Shown here one piece after another: positions 1 to 14,799 of a stretch of DNA of 64,000 nt. The first letter of the stretch is position 1, and every line of letters starts with the position of its first letter. Source of the DNA: an uncultured Chloroflexia bacterium (GTDB lineage: Bacteria; Chloroflexota; Limnocylindria; Limnocylindrales; CSP1-4); the NCBI GenBank assembly GCA_963750125.1, contig CAVVPT010000026.1:22059-86058 (forward strand). The letters are read 5' to 3'. The notes under the pieces were generated by a model. That model was not told the DNA's origin and did not search any database. It was given only the letters and a program-made list of their open reading frames with translations. A program made the translations under genes and the position numbers.

Positions 1-590
1 ACCGCGTTCACCCGGATCCCCTTCGAGGCGTAGTAGGAGGCCATGGTTCGCGTGAGGGCAGCGATGGCGCCCTTGGCTGCGGCATAGGCGTGGGTTGCAA
101 AATGGGTCGGCGACGGGCTGGTGCTCGTGACCGAACCCATATGCAGGATCGCGCCGCGCTGGCCGTCGGCGTCCGGGTCCTGGCGGAGCATCTGGCGGGC
201 AGCCGCGCCCGACACGAGGAACAGGGTTCGGGCGTTCAGGTCGAGCGTGGCGTCCCATCCTTGCGGTGTCGCTGCGTGGGCCGGCCCGTCGCCGTGGCGG
301 CGGCCACTTCCGCCGGCAACACTGAAGACGCCATCGAGACGGCCGTGGCGCTCGACGGTCGCGGTGACGATGCGATCGGCGGCGTCGTCCTCGGTCAGGT
401 CGGCGACCTCATACGAGGCGGCGCCACCGGTCGCGGTGATTGCCTCGACCAGGCTGCGGCAGTGATCCTCGGTGCGCGAGGCGACGACCACACGCGCCCC
501 CTCGGCCGCGAGCCGCTGAGCCGAGGCGGCCGCGATCCCGGTCGAGCCAGTGATCAGCACCACCCTGCCGTCGAACCGTTGGAACAGCAC
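1..590 (-). CDS. SDR family oxidoreductase (3' end beyond window)
   Basis: Minus-strand translation gives VVLITGSTGIAAA (Rossmann-like), YAAAKGA (YxxxK) and GIRVNAV. GTG start lies 6 nt after TAGCAT. Confidence 0.85.
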   Translation of the reverse strand, partial: MLFQRFDGRVVLITGSTGIAAASAQRLAAEGARVVVASRTEDHCRSLVEAITATGGAASYEVADLTEDDAADRIVTATVERHGRLDGVFSVAGGSGRRHGDGPAHAATPQGWDATLDLNARTLFLVSGAAARQMLRQDPDADGQRGAILHMGSVTSTSPSPTHFATHAYAAAKGAIAALTRTMASYYASKGIRVNA

Positions 591-630
591 GGGCCGATGC
601 TAGCAATCCGGGTGGGTCATCATTCGAGCC

Positions 631-1506
631 ATGACGATCGAGATGCACGCCGAGCTCGTCCTCGACGCGCACGCGACCCTCGGCGAGGGCCCGGTGTGGG
701 ACGCAGATCGTGGTGTGCTGTGGTGGGTCGACATCGAAGGTCGGCGCATCCACCGCTTCGATCCGGCGACGCGCACCGACACATCCTTCGAGACTGCGAC
801 CCAGGTAGGAGCGTTGGCGCTCCGAGAGGGTGGGGGACTCGTCGCCTCGCTGGCGGATGGGGTCTGGACGGTCGACCCCGAAAGTGGCGCAGCGGAGCTG
901 TTCGTGGGCCTCGGCGAGCCACCGGACGTGCGCTCGAACGAGTCGAAATGCGACCCGGCCGGACGGTATCTCGTCGGGACGATGGCCTTCGACTACCTGC
1001 CGATCGGCTCGCTCTACTCAGTCGAGGCGGACGGTTCGGTGCGCCGCCTGCTCGACTCGCTGTCGATAGCCAACGGCATGGCCTGGACCGAGGACGGCGC
1101 CACGTTCTACTACATCGACTCACCGCTCCGCCGCGTCGACGCGTTCGACTACGACCTGCCGACTGGCGCCATCTCCGGTCGGCGACCGTACCTCACGTTT
1201 GACGACCGGGTTGCCAAGCCCGACGGGATGTCGATCGACGCCGAGGGCGGTTTGTGGATCGCCTTCTGGGACGCCGGCGAGATCCGCCGCTACGGGCCGG
1301 ATCGCGCTCTGGATGTGGTTGTCGACGTGCCGGCGACCCAGGTGACGAGCGGCGTGTTCGGCGGCTCGGATCTCCGTGATCTATACATCACGACCGCAAC
1401 GACCGAACTGCCGGCCGAGGCCCTCGTCGGGCAGCCCCACGCCGGCGGGCTGTTCCACGTCCGTGCCCCCGTCCCCGGCGTGCTCCCGCACCGCTTCGCA
1501 GGCTGA
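631..1506 (+). CDS. SMP-30/gluconolactonase/LRE family protein
   Basis: LGEGPVWD, RSNESKCDPAGR, NGMAW and PDGMSIDAEGGLWIA motifs. Confidence 0.92.
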   Translation: MTIEMHAELVLDAHATLGEGPVWDADRGVLWWVDIEGRRIHRFDPATRTDTSFETATQVGALALREGGGLVASLADGVWTVDPESGAAELFVGLGEPPDVRSNESKCDPAGRYLVGTMAFDYLPIGSLYSVEADGSVRRLLDSLSIANGMAWTEDGATFYYIDSPLRRVDAFDYDLPTGAISGRRPYLTFDDRVAKPDGMSIDAEGGLWIAFWDAGEIRRYGPDRALDVVVDVPATQVTSGVFGGSDLRDLYITTATTELPAEALVGQPHAGGLFHVRAPVPGVLPHRFAG

Positions 1507-1775
1507 TTTTCGGAACCTGGCCCGAACAGCCCTTCGGCTGCGGCCACCCCGCGAATGCTTCCAATGAAGCGGAACAAGCGCAGGAACGTGCCTGAATTCG
1601 GGTTGCGGCCGCGCCGCGTCGAATCCACTCGGCGCCCTGACCGAGGCGGGGGCGCCACGCCGAATTCCGGTTCGGGCCGGCGACGATCCCGACGCCCGAC
1701 AGCTCGCGGAGTACGGCCAACCTCAAGCCTGGAATGAGCACAACTGCAGCACGCCAATCGGGCATGTTCGCACGG

Positions 1776-2255
1776 TCATTCCGCATGCGCGGAAGCACCT
1801 CGAGGGTGCGTCCCGGGCGGAGATGCCTTCGCCGCGCCGCCGGCCTGGATGAGGTCAATCCGCCCGATCTGCGAGAGCATCGTGGCGCGGTCGAAGTAGT
1901 CGCGATACGCCGTGATGCGGCCGTTGTGCACCTCGGCCACGCCGACGCCCCGGCGGGTGAAGGGCAGGCCGGTCGGCTCGGCGCCGGCGAACTGGCCGGT
2001 GTTCGTGCCGGTCGCCCGCCACTCGACGACGACGAACGGCTCCGCGACGATCAGGTTGTCGATCTCGACGTGCAGGTCGGGAAACGCCTCCTTGAAGGCG
2101 CGGGCACCCTCCTGGCTCTCGATTGGATCGCTCGAGATCTCGTTCCGCGCGATGACCTCGGTCACAGCGTTGGGGGCGAGGAGCGCAAGGTCGAGCTCCC
2201 AGTCGTTGCGGTTGTATGCGTCGATCCACTGCCGCACGACCGTTTCAGCGTCCAT
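1776..2255 (-). CDS. SnoaL-like ester cyclase / NTF2-fold protein
   Basis: VVRQWIDAYN...AFPDLHVEI...WRATGTNTG...GRITAYRDYFD. Confidence 0.8.
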   Translation of the reverse strand: MDAETVVRQWIDAYNRNDWELDLALLAPNAVTEVIARNEISSDPIESQEGARAFKEAFPDLHVEIDNLIVAEPFVVVEWRATGTNTGQFAGAEPTGLPFTRRGVGVAEVHNGRITAYRDYFDRATMLSQIGRIDLIQAGGAAKASPPGTHPRGASAHAE

Positions 2256-2291
2256 CGGCCCATTCTGCTCGGGACGGGACCTTCGGGCGCG

Positions 2292-2321
2292 TTGACACTG
2301 CCGGCCTTCCGCCCGTACGAT
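2292..2321 (+). promoter_or_regulatory. Sigma70-type promoter of the methionine operon
   Basis: TTGACA-N18-TACGAT immediately upstream of the riboswitch. Confidence 0.7.
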
Positions 2322-2339
2322 CCCCACACAACTGAATAG

Positions 2340-2446
2340 CTCTTATCAAGAGTGGCGGAGGGACCGGCCCGATGAAGCCACGACAACCTACCGGCGTCGA
2401 GTCGGCAAGGTGCCAAATCCGGGCAGGTCCTCCTGCGAGATAAGGG
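2340..2446 (+). promoter_or_regulatory. SAM-I (S-box) riboswitch aptamer
   Basis: CTTATCAAGAG..GGAGGGACCGGCCCGATGAAGCC..CAACC..AAGGTGCCAAATCC..GATAAG matches the S-box consensus and precedes met genes. Confidence 0.93.
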
Positions 2447-2454
2447 AACTCCCT

Positions 2455-2486
2455 GAGACCCTTCCAGCAGGAAGGGTCTTCCGTTT
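2455..2486 (+). terminator. Riboswitch expression-platform terminator
   Basis: GAGACCCTTCC-AGCA-GGAAGGGTCTT stem followed by a pyrimidine/T-rich tract. Confidence 0.7.
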
Positions 2487-2534
2487 CCACCGGTCCCGTC
2501 GCTGCCCCAGCCGCGCACCGACCTGGAGCCGACG

Positions 2535-3848
2535 ATGACGATCCACACCGCGCCTGCACCAACGACCGAGCCGACCGCCTACGACGCGGGTCGCCCGGTC
2601 ATGGCGGCGCCGCGCGTCGTCGGCCTCATCTGTCGCAGCTGTCGCCGGCCCGAACCGCTCGGACCCTCCTACGTTTGCGCAGCGTGCTTCGGCCCGCTCG
2701 AAGTGGCGTACGACAAGGACGCGGTCCGCGACCAGGTGAGCCGCGAGGTCATCGAGGCCCGTCCGCCGGGCCTGTGGCGCTACCTCGAGTTCCTGCCCGT
2801 CGACGCGCCGCCGGCCCGTGGCCTGCGCGTCGGCTCGACGCCGCTCCTCCGTGCGGACCGGCTCGGCCCGGCGCTCGGGATCGAGCGCCTGTGGCTGAAG
2901 GACGACACCCGCAACCCGACCCTCTCGTTCAAGGACCGCGCAGTGGCGGTTGCCGCCGCCCGGGCCCGCCTCTTCGGCATCGACACGCTGGCCTGTGCCT
3001 CGACGGGCAACCTCGCCGGCGCCACAGCCGCAGCCGCGGCCGCGCTCGGCATCCCGGCCTACGTGTTCATCCCGGCCGATCTCGAGCCCGCCAAGATCGA
3101 CCACGCGCTGGCCTACGGCGCGACGGTCGTCCCGATCGAGGGCACGTACGACGACGTCAACCGGCTGTGCCTCGAAGTCGCCGACGAGACCGGCTGGGGC
3201 TTCGTCAACGTCAACCTGCGGCCGTTCTACGCCGAGGGCAGCAAGACCCTCGCGTTCGAAGTCGCCGAGGGCCTCGGCTGGCGGTCGCCCGACGTGATCG
3301 TCGCTCCGATCGCATCCGGGGCGATGTTCACCAAGCTCGCAAAGGGCTTCGGCGAGCTGGCCGATGCGGGCCTCATCGAGCGCCGCCCGATCCGCTTCGT
3401 CGGTGGGCAGGCCGCCGGCTGCGCACCGGTCGCCACGGCCTGGGAGCAGGGAACAATCGACGTCCAACCCGTTCGCACGCCGGACACCTTCGTCCGCTCG
3501 CTGGCGATCGGCAACCCGGCAGACGGTCGCTACTCGGTGGAGCAGGCGAACGACTCGGGCGGTTCGATCGAAGCGATCCCCGACGAGGCGACGGCAGCCG
3601 CGATCCGGCAGGTGGCGACCCTCGAAGGGATCTTCTCGGAGACGGCAGGTGGCGTCACGGTGGCCGCGGCCGAGGCGGCTCGCCGCCGGGGCGTGATCCG
3701 GGAGGGCGACGAGGTCGTCGTCCTGCTCACCGGGAACGGGCTCAAGACTCCGGATGCGCGTTTACTCGGTCTCGAGCAAGGTGGCGTCGCGCCATCGATC
3801 CGGCCGAGTCTGTCAGCCTTCGAAGCCTGGCTGGAGGCGCGGGCATGA
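2535..3848 (+). CDS. thrC: Threonine synthase-like PLP enzyme (possibly O-phosphohomoserine sulfhydrylase, MetM-type)
   Basis: N-terminal CxxC...Cxx[13 protein letters not shown] lysine, ASTGNLA, EGSKT and LTGNGLK. Confidence 0.85.
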   Translation: MTIHTAPAPTTEPTAYDAGRPVMAAPRVVGLICRSCRRPEPLGPSYVCAACFGPLEVAYDKDAVRDQVSREVIEARPPGLWRYLEFLPVDAPPARGLRVGSTPLLRADRLGPALGIERLWLKDDTRNPTLSFKDRAVAVAAARARLFGIDTLACASTGNLAGATAAAAAALGIPAYVFIPADLEPAKIDHALAYGATVVPIEGTYDDVNRLCLEVADETGWGFVNVNLRPFYAEGSKTLAFEVAEGLGWRSPDVIVAPIASGAMFTKLAKGFGELADAGLIERRPIRFVGGQAAGCAPVATAWEQGTIDVQPVRTPDTFVRSLAIGNPADGRYSVEQANDSGGSIEAIPDEATAAAIRQVATLEGIFSETAGGVTVAAAEAARRRGVIREGDEVVVLLTGNGLKTPDARLLGLEQGGVAPSIRPSLSAFEAWLEARA

Positions 3849-4122
3849 GCGCGGTCCGCATCCCGCCCACGCTCCGTACCTCGACCTCCGGGGAGAAGCT
3901 CGTCCAGGTCGACGGCTTCGACGGTCCGCGAGGTCGTCGACGGCCTCGTGGCGGCGTACCCGGGTCTCGGACCGCAGCTGCTCGACGGCGGAGGGCGGCA
4001 TCAACCGCTTCGTCAACGTCTTCCTCAATGACACCGATGTGCGCCACCTCGACGGCCTCGACACGGCCGTCGACGAGCGAGACTCCCTCGTGCTGCTCCC
4101 GGCGATGGCCGGCGGCTGTTGA
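3845..4122 (+). CDS. MoaD/ThiS/CysO-like ubiquitin-fold sulfur carrier (frameshifted in assembly)
   Basis: [11 protein letters not shown]...TVREVVDGL...[11 protein letters not shown]...LLPAMAGGC*. Overlaps the upstream stop (ATGA). Indels near 3918 and 3990. Confidence 0.85.
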
Positions 4123-4153
4123 CGGGCGACTGACTGGCCTTGCGGAACCACAG

Positions 4154-6109
4154 ATGACTCCCGCGTCCACGCCTCGAACCCGGTTCCGCGAGCGGCTCGG
4201 TCAGCGGCCGCTCCTCGCAGACGGCGGCATGGGCACGCTCATGTACAGCCGGGGCGTCCCGCAGAGTGCCTGCCTCGACGAGCTGGCCGCGACGCGGCCG
4301 GAGCTGGTCGGCGCTGCACATCGGGAATACCTGGATGCCGGAGCCGAACTGATCGAGACCTTGTCGCTCGGCGCCAACCGGCGCCGCCTGGCGGTCGTCG
4401 GCCTCGATACAGAGGTCCAGCGCCTCAACCGCCGGGCGGCCCAGGTCGCCCGCGAGGCCCGCGAGGTGAGCGGACGCGACGCGCTCGTCGGCGGCTCCGT
4501 GGGGCCGCTCGCGCCGCCGAACCGTGGGAGTGCCGGGCTCTCGGAGCGCGCGGCGCGCACGATGTTCCGCGAGCAGCTCGACGGCCTGCTGGAGGGCGGC
4601 ATCGACGTCGTCGTGCTCGAGACGTTCTCGGACCTCGACCAGCTGCTGATCGCGCTCGACGAGGCGCGGAGCGCCGCGGACATCCCGATCATGGCCTCGC
4701 TGACGTTCGGTGAGGACCTCACGCTTGCCGACGGGACGACGGCCGAACGAGCCGCCGGCCTGCTCGCCGCGGCCGGCGCCGACGTCATCGGAGTCAACTG
4801 CGGGGCAGGGCCGAGCGCTTCGATCAACGCCCTGAAGGCGATGGGCAGGGCCGGACCTGACGATCCGCCGCGCTCGATCATGCCGAACGCCGGATTGCCG
4901 CAACGGCTCGAGGGGCGATTTATCTACGCCGCCGGTGCCGGGTACTTCGCGCAGGTCACGCCGCGCATGGTCGAGGCCGGGGCACGGATCGTCGGCGGTT
5001 GCTGCGGGACGACGCCCGAGCACATCGCCTCGATGCGGGCCGCGCTCGAAATCGTCACGACGACCGGGGCCGCTGCGCCGTTGTCTGAGGTCACAACGTC
5101 CCGGACCAATGCCGCGCTCGCGGACCGGTCGACGCTCGAAGCCGAAGGCGCGCCGCCGCCGACCCGGCTCGCCGAGCTGCTTGCCGCCAAGCGGTTCGTG
5201 GTCTCGGTCGAGATCGACCCGCCCCGGAGTGTCCGCATCGAGCGGACCATCGAGGCCGCAAGGCTGCTCCAGGAGGCCGGGCGTCGACGCCGTCAACGTC
5301 TCGGACTCGGCGATGGCCAAGGTGCGGATGGGTGCCTTCGCGGTCGCGTTCGGCATCCAGCACGATCTCGACCTCGAGTGCCTGGTCCACTGCACGACGC
5401 GCGACCGGAACCTGATGGCGCTCGAATCGGAGCTGCTCGGGGCGCATGCGCTCGGGGTCCGCAACATCATCGCGCTCACCGGCGATCCGCCGCGCGTCGG
5501 CGATTATCCGACCGGGACCGGCGTGTGGGACGTCGATTCGATCGGGCTCATCGACATCCTGACCCGGCTCAACCGTGGCGAGGACCAGTCCGGCTCACCG
5601 ATCGGCCAACCTGCCGGCTACACGATCGCCTGCGCGCTCGACCCGACCGCGGCCGACGTCACGACCGAGTGGGACCGCCTCGAACGAAAGCTCGCCGCCG
5701 GAGCGCACCTGGTCATGACCCAGCCGCTCTATTCGGTCGAGCAGGTCGAGACGATGTTCGTCGAGGCGCGCCGCCGCTTCGGCCAGGCCGGGTTCCCGGT
5801 GCCGGTGCTGCTCGGTGTCCTGCCGCTCGTGTCGGCGCGGCACGCCGAGTTCCTCCACAACGAGGTGCCCGGGATCACGATCCCCGACGACGCACGCGCG
5901 GCCATGCATGCGGCAGGCGAGCGCGGCTCGGCACGGGGCATCGAGATGGCCGACGACCTGCTGCGCGCTGTCGAAACCGAGCTGGCCGGCACGTACATCA
6001 TGCCGAGCTTCGGTCGCTACGAGCAGTGCGCCGGCCTGGTCCGGCGGATTCGCGAGCGCTACCCGAAGGCCGTGGCCTCGGCGGCGAGCGCCACGACCGG
6101 GGTTTCAGC

Positions 6110-6113
<4 letters not shown>
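4154..6113 (+). CDS. Bifunctional homocysteine S-methyltransferase / methylenetetrahydrofolate reductase (YitJ-like), frameshift near 5280
   Basis: [13 protein letters not shown] and [11 protein letters not shown], then [29 protein letters not shown] and FLHNEVPGI. Confidence 0.9.
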
Positions 6114-9851
<3,738 letters not shown>

Positions 9852-9904
9852 GGGCCGTCGGCGTCGGGCGCGCAGACTCCCAGCGCCCAGCAGGGGGCGC
9901 GGAA

Positions 9905-10106
9905 CTAGATCGGGAGCGGGGTCGTGAGACCCGCGTCTTCGCGGGTCAGTTCGCGGGTGCCGTCGGCCGAGGTCGGCGAGGCGCCGTTCGAGATCCTCGA
10001 TGAGGGCCATCGAGGCGTCCCAATCCGGGCTGAACGGCGGCGCATCAGCGGCCCGCAGTCGAGCACGGTGGAGGCGTGCGGACAGGAGCACAGGGTCGTC
10101 GGGCAT
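9905..10106 (-). CDS. Small hypothetical protein (probable frameshift)
   Basis: MPDDPVLLSARLHRARLRAADAPPFSPDWDASMALIEDLERRL..., preceded by a purine-rich RBS-like sequence. Confidence 0.45.
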
Positions 10107-10351
10107 GCTTCTCGCTGGGGCTGTGGGGGTCGAGGAGCCGAACATACGCCTCGCCGGTGCGCGTGGGCATCCCCCGATTGACGTAATCGGCATGAGCCGA
10201 TCGGGTTGTTTCGTGCGTGGCACGAACGCGGCGGGGTGCGTCGCCGCACCGGGACCATCGGCGCGCGTGGTGACCCGAGTTCGCCGCTATTCCCGGCTGA
10301 CGCGAGGTGGGAGGCTCGGGCCGAACGCCGTCCACCAATGCCGGAGTCCTC

Positions 10352-12368
10352 ATGCTGCGCCGCCTGCTCGTCGCGATACCGGCCGCTTTCCTGTTCGCGC
10401 TGTTCGCGGCAAGTGTCGTCTCCGCGCACGAGGGGCACGACCACTCGCTCCTGACGGCCGACGCGGGCGAAGAGCTGCGCGGCCGGGTCGTCGAGACGCA
10501 CGGCGACACGTTCACTGGCGAGTCGAAGGGCCGGACCTTCTGGCTCGAGATGGACGGCGAGCGAGTTCGCCTCGATGGCGCGCCGGCGAATCTGAAGCCC
10601 GGCGAGCGGGTGCGCGTTCGCGGGACGCGGCACGGGGCGACCTTCGTCGTCGCGGCCGACGCCGGTGCCGTTACGTCCGAAGGCCCCGCCACCGTCACGT
10701 CGGTCGGGCCCGCCGTCACCAAGAGCGTGGCGGTCGTCGCATTCACGTTCTCGGACAACACGAGCCAGCCATGGACGACCGCCCAGATCCAGGCGAACTT
10801 CTTCGGAACGTCGAACTCGGTCAAGGCCTACTTCAGCGACGCGTCGTACGGCCAGGTCACGGTGACCGGCGACGTATTCGGCTGGTACCAGATCGCCGCA
10901 ACCGACGATGCGTGCGACAGCTCGACGTGGGCGACCCAGGCGAAGGCGGTGGCCACCGCGGCCGGCGTCAACCTCAGCGCGTACCAGCACATCGCGTACG
11001 TCTTCCCGCGTTCGACCGCGTGCGGTTGGGCCGGGCTTGCGTACATGCCCGGCAAGGAGAGCTGGAACAACGGCGCCCTGTCGGTTCGGGTCGCCGGGCA
11101 CGAGCTCGCCCACAACTTCGGCGTCCACCATGCGTCAACGCTGGCGTGCACGGCGGTGGCGTCCGGGTGACGCTCTCGACGAGCTGCACCGAGAGCGAGT
11201 ACGGCGACCCGTTCGACATCATGGGCAACGCCGCGCGCCTGACGAACAACTGGCACCGCTGGCGGCTCGGGTACTTCTCGAACAGCGAGGTCGTGACCGT
11301 CACGTCGGCCAACGCGGGGCAGCTCGACCCTCGGGGTCGTGAGCCACGCCGCTTCGGTGCCCGAAGATCGTCCGCGTCGCCCGCGGCGACGGCAACTTCT
11401 ATTACCTCGAGTTCCGCCAACCCTTCGGCGTGTTCGACAACTTCGCGGTGGGGGATTCAGCGGTGAACGGGGTCCTCGTACGCGTGGCCCCCGACACGAC
11501 GAACGTGCGGCCGCTGCTGCTCGACGGGAACCCCGCGACGACGACGTTCAACGACGCGGCGTTCGGGGCCGGCCAGACATTCACGGATTCGGCTCGTGGG
11601 ATCTCGATCGCAGGTCGTCTCGGTGTCGACGAGTGGGGCCGTCGTCAACGTGTCGTTCGGTGGCGGCCCAATCCCGACCCCAACGCCGACACCGGGGCCG
11701 ACGCCCACACCGACGCCCACACCGACACCCACGCCGACGCCCAGCCCAACGCCGGATCCCTCGCCCACCCCGGATCCCTCGCCCACGCCGGACCCGACGC
11801 CGACGCCGGACGCCGACGCCTCCGCCGCCGTCCGACACGACCCCACCGACCGCGCCGGACACCCTCACGGCGACCGTCAAGAGCGAGACCGTGATCGTGG
11901 TCGAATGGTCGGCGGCGACCGACGACACCGGCGTGACCGGCTATCGAATCACCCGGAATGGGACGCAGGTCGCCACGACGGCCAACTTGAACTGGACCAA
12001 CATGGTCCTCAAGCCCGCGACGACGTACACGTACACGGTGTCTGCGCGTCGACGCTGCGGGGAACACCGGACCTGCGGTCGAGGTCGCGGCAACCACCAA
12101 CGCCGACAGGATCCGGCCGGGCAAGCCACCAGGGTCGCGGATCGTGGCCGTCGGATCACGCCAGACGAAGCTGACGTGGGGCACCGCGACCGACAACGTG
12201 GCCGTCCGCGGATATCGCCTCTACGTTGACGGCGCCTACTACAAGACAATCACCGGGCGGACGGCCTACATCAGGACGAGCCGCGGCAAGCACTCGTTCT
12301 CGGTCCGGACGGTCGATACGTCTGACAACCGCAGTTACCAGATCGGCACGACGATCCGCGTCCGCTGA
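10352..12368 (+). CDS. Secreted zinc metallopeptidase (M11-like) with Pro/Thr linker and fibronectin type III domains; several frameshifts
   Basis: Signal peptide, [11 protein letters not shown] (HExxHxxGxxH), [10 protein letters not shown] Met-turn, PT repeats and DTTPPTAP...[15 protein letters not shown]3 motifs. Confidence 0.82.
11668..11820 (+). repeat. Pro-Thr low-complexity linker repeat
   Basis: CCGACG/CCCACA hexamer repeats encode (PT)n and PDPSPT units. Confidence 0.85.
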
Positions 12369-12379
12369 TCGCGACGCGA

Positions 12380-13097
12380 TCATGCATTCGGCCGGGCGGC
12401 GACCATTCCCATGCGGTACTCGACCGCGTGGCCGCGCTTTCCGACCGCGAGGACGGCATCGACCTCACGCAGGCAGTAGACCATCTGCTGGGCAAGGCGG
12501 CGGGGTCGTCCGAGCAGCATTGCCAGCTCGGCCGTGGTAAAGCTCTCGGCGAGACCCGGCGGGAGGAGCGCGGCAAGATCCACGACGCCACGAAGCGGAA
12601 GCGTACCCCGCACCTCGACGAGCCGACGCTCCTCGACCGCCCAGCCCTTCCGGCGCCACGGGCCGTCGGGCGCGTGAAACCTGAGCTCCTCCATCTCGAT
12701 CAGCACCAGGTCAAACTCCAGGTGCGGATCGGCCAGCAGGGTGGCGACGCTGACGAGTTCGGCGAAGACGTCGCTCGCGATGCCGTGCCGGGGTGAGCGG
12801 CGCCGGCTGAGCACGCGGCCGTCTGCGTCGAACTTGACGATCCAGGTGTCGACGGCGATCGGGTAGATCACCCGGAGGCGGTGTCCTCGCCCGAGCAGGG
12901 CCGCGACCTTGTGGCGTGCCGACGACAGGCCGCGCGTCTGCACCTCGATCGAGCAGGTCCCCGCGAAGGAGATCGATCACGTAGCCATCGACAGCAACTT
13001 CGGTCTGGTCGCCTGGCTCGGCGTACCAGCGCTTCAGGGAGGCGTGGAGCGGTCGCTCACGCAGCGTGCCGATCCCGAGCGCGCTCGCGGTTGCCAT
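12380..13097 (-). CDS. Conserved hypothetical protein, PD-(D/E)XK-like N-terminus; frameshift near 12950
   Basis: IGTLRERPLHASLKRWY...DGYVID...IEVQT and a C-terminal helix-turn-helix-like segment (FTTAELA..AQQMVYCL). Confidence 0.7.
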
Positions 13098-13205
13098 CGC
13101 GGCACCAGTATGCCGACCGAAGGGCGCACCCTATCGACGGGACTGGCGTCGCGACGTACCTTGGGCGAGGTCTCTGTGGTCCTTCCTGCCAGGGGAGCAA
13201 CGACG

Positions 13206-14016
13206 TTGAGCAAGCCGGTCGTCTTCGTCTCTGACCTTGGCCTGCGCGATGAGTTCGTGGGCGTGTGTCATGCGGTCATCGCCCGGATCTCGCCGGGCTC
13301 GACCGTCATCGATATCTCCCACGGCGTCGCCCCGCATGACATCCGCGCCGGCGGCCTCATCCTCGCCGAGAGCCTGCGGTTCGCCCCCGCTGATGCGGTG
13401 GGCCTCGCGGTTATCGACCCGGGGGTGGGGACCGATCGGCTGGCGATCGCCGGTCGAAACCGAAGCGAGGCGCCAGCTGGTGGGACCGAACAATGGTGTC
13501 CTGTCGCTGGCGTGGCGGGCTGACGGTGGTGTACGGCGCGCCGTCGCCATCAGCTCGCCGGATGTCGTTCTCGAGCCGATCTCGAGCGTCTTCCACGGTC
13601 GTGATGTCTTTGCGCCGGCCGCGGCGCATCTGGCGTCGGGAGCCGACCTGTCGGCCCTGGGTCCGCCGGCTGAGCTGGCCGAGCTCACGGAAGTCCGCCT
13701 GGCCGAGCCCGAGGTCGAACGTGGCCGCATCACGGGGGAGGTCATGGACATCGACCGCTTCGGCAACGTCCGGCTCAACGTGCGTCCGTCGCATCTCACA
13801 GCCGCCGCGTTGCAGGAGGCATCCGTGCTCCATGTCGCCACCCTTGGCGGCGAGGCCGATGCTCCGCGGATCAGGACGTACGGAGGAGTCGAGCCCGGTG
13901 CGTATGGCGTCCTCGTCGACGCCTGGAACTGGATCGCGGTCATCCGCTACGAGGCGAACGCGGCGGCGGAGCTGGGCGTCCAACCCGGCGACGTCGTCTG
14001 GCTGACGGCCGGCTGA
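13206..14016 (+). CDS. SAM hydroxide adenosyltransferase / chlorinase-fluorinase (DUF62) family; frameshift near 13452
   Basis: SDLGLRDEFVG, DISHGV, VIDPGVGT, VGPNNG, FHGRDVFAP and IDRFGN. Confidence 0.9.
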
Positions 14017-14032
14017 GGCGCGACCGAAGCGG

Positions 14033-14383
14033 CTATTCCGGCGGCTGCTCGTAGGGTCGACCGAAGAACCAGATCTCCCGATAGGGCAGCGTCATGTGCC
14101 AGGTGGTCACGGCGCCCTTCGGGAGCGACGCCATATCGCCGACCGTGAGTTCCAGGGTCGGACCACCGTCGATCTCGATCCGTGCAGCACCCTCGAGGAC
14201 GATCACGGTCTCGCGCTCAGGCAGCGTCCAGCGCTCCAGGCCCGCACGGGTCGTGAACCGCGACATGCCGCAGTAGGCCGTCTCCTCCTCGACCAGAACG
14301 TGGATCTCACCACCGACCTCAGGATCGGGCTGCCATTCGTCGGTCAGCACGTTTGACACGAAGACCCCGGGATGAAGCTCCAA
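14033..14383 (-). CDS. Cupin domain protein (EutQ/DUF861-like)
   Basis: ETVIVLEGAARI..GDMASLPKG..TW. AGGAGG RBS. Confidence 0.8.
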   Translation of the reverse strand: MELHPGVFVSNVLTDEWQPDPEVGGEIHVLVEEETAYCGMSRFTTRAGLERWTLPERETVIVLEGAARIEIDGGPTLELTVGDMASLPKGAVTTWHMTLPYREIWFFGRPYEQPPE

Positions 14384-14416
14384 GCTCGATACCTCCTCGC
14401 ACGGCGACGCACTCCG

Positions 14417-14548
14417 CTATTGACCGAGCGCTCCCGCGAATACGGGTGCGCCGACCGGCTGCATGAGGCGCGCGAATTCGACGTTTCCACCGTCCCAGAC
14501 CTCGTCATAGAAGCGCTGGACCAGCGCCTTGTTCTCCGCCTCTCCCAT
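14417..14548 (-). pseudogene. Ester cyclase (SnoaL-like) remnant with internal deletion
   Basis: MGEAENKALVQRFYDEVWDGGNVEFAR is fused directly to a C-terminus-like LMQPVGAPVFAGA. Only 43 aa. Confidence 0.6.
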
Positions 14549-14799
14549 CGCATGCGCTCCACTCACTCGGGGGGCGAGTGTACCTGCGGGTACGACGCAC
14601 CACGAGGCATCTGCGCACGCGCCGTAACACTTCGGCCGTTGAAGCGTTACCGGTGCAGAGGGATGTGAGCGTCACTGATTGGGCAGGTGGGGTGTCTGAC
14701 CCCTGCACCCAGCGATGAGCGCCCAGGCACGTTCAACCACTGCGTTCCGTCGCATCTGCTTTGCGGCGGCACAGTGCACAACCGAAGAGGGGCCGACCA

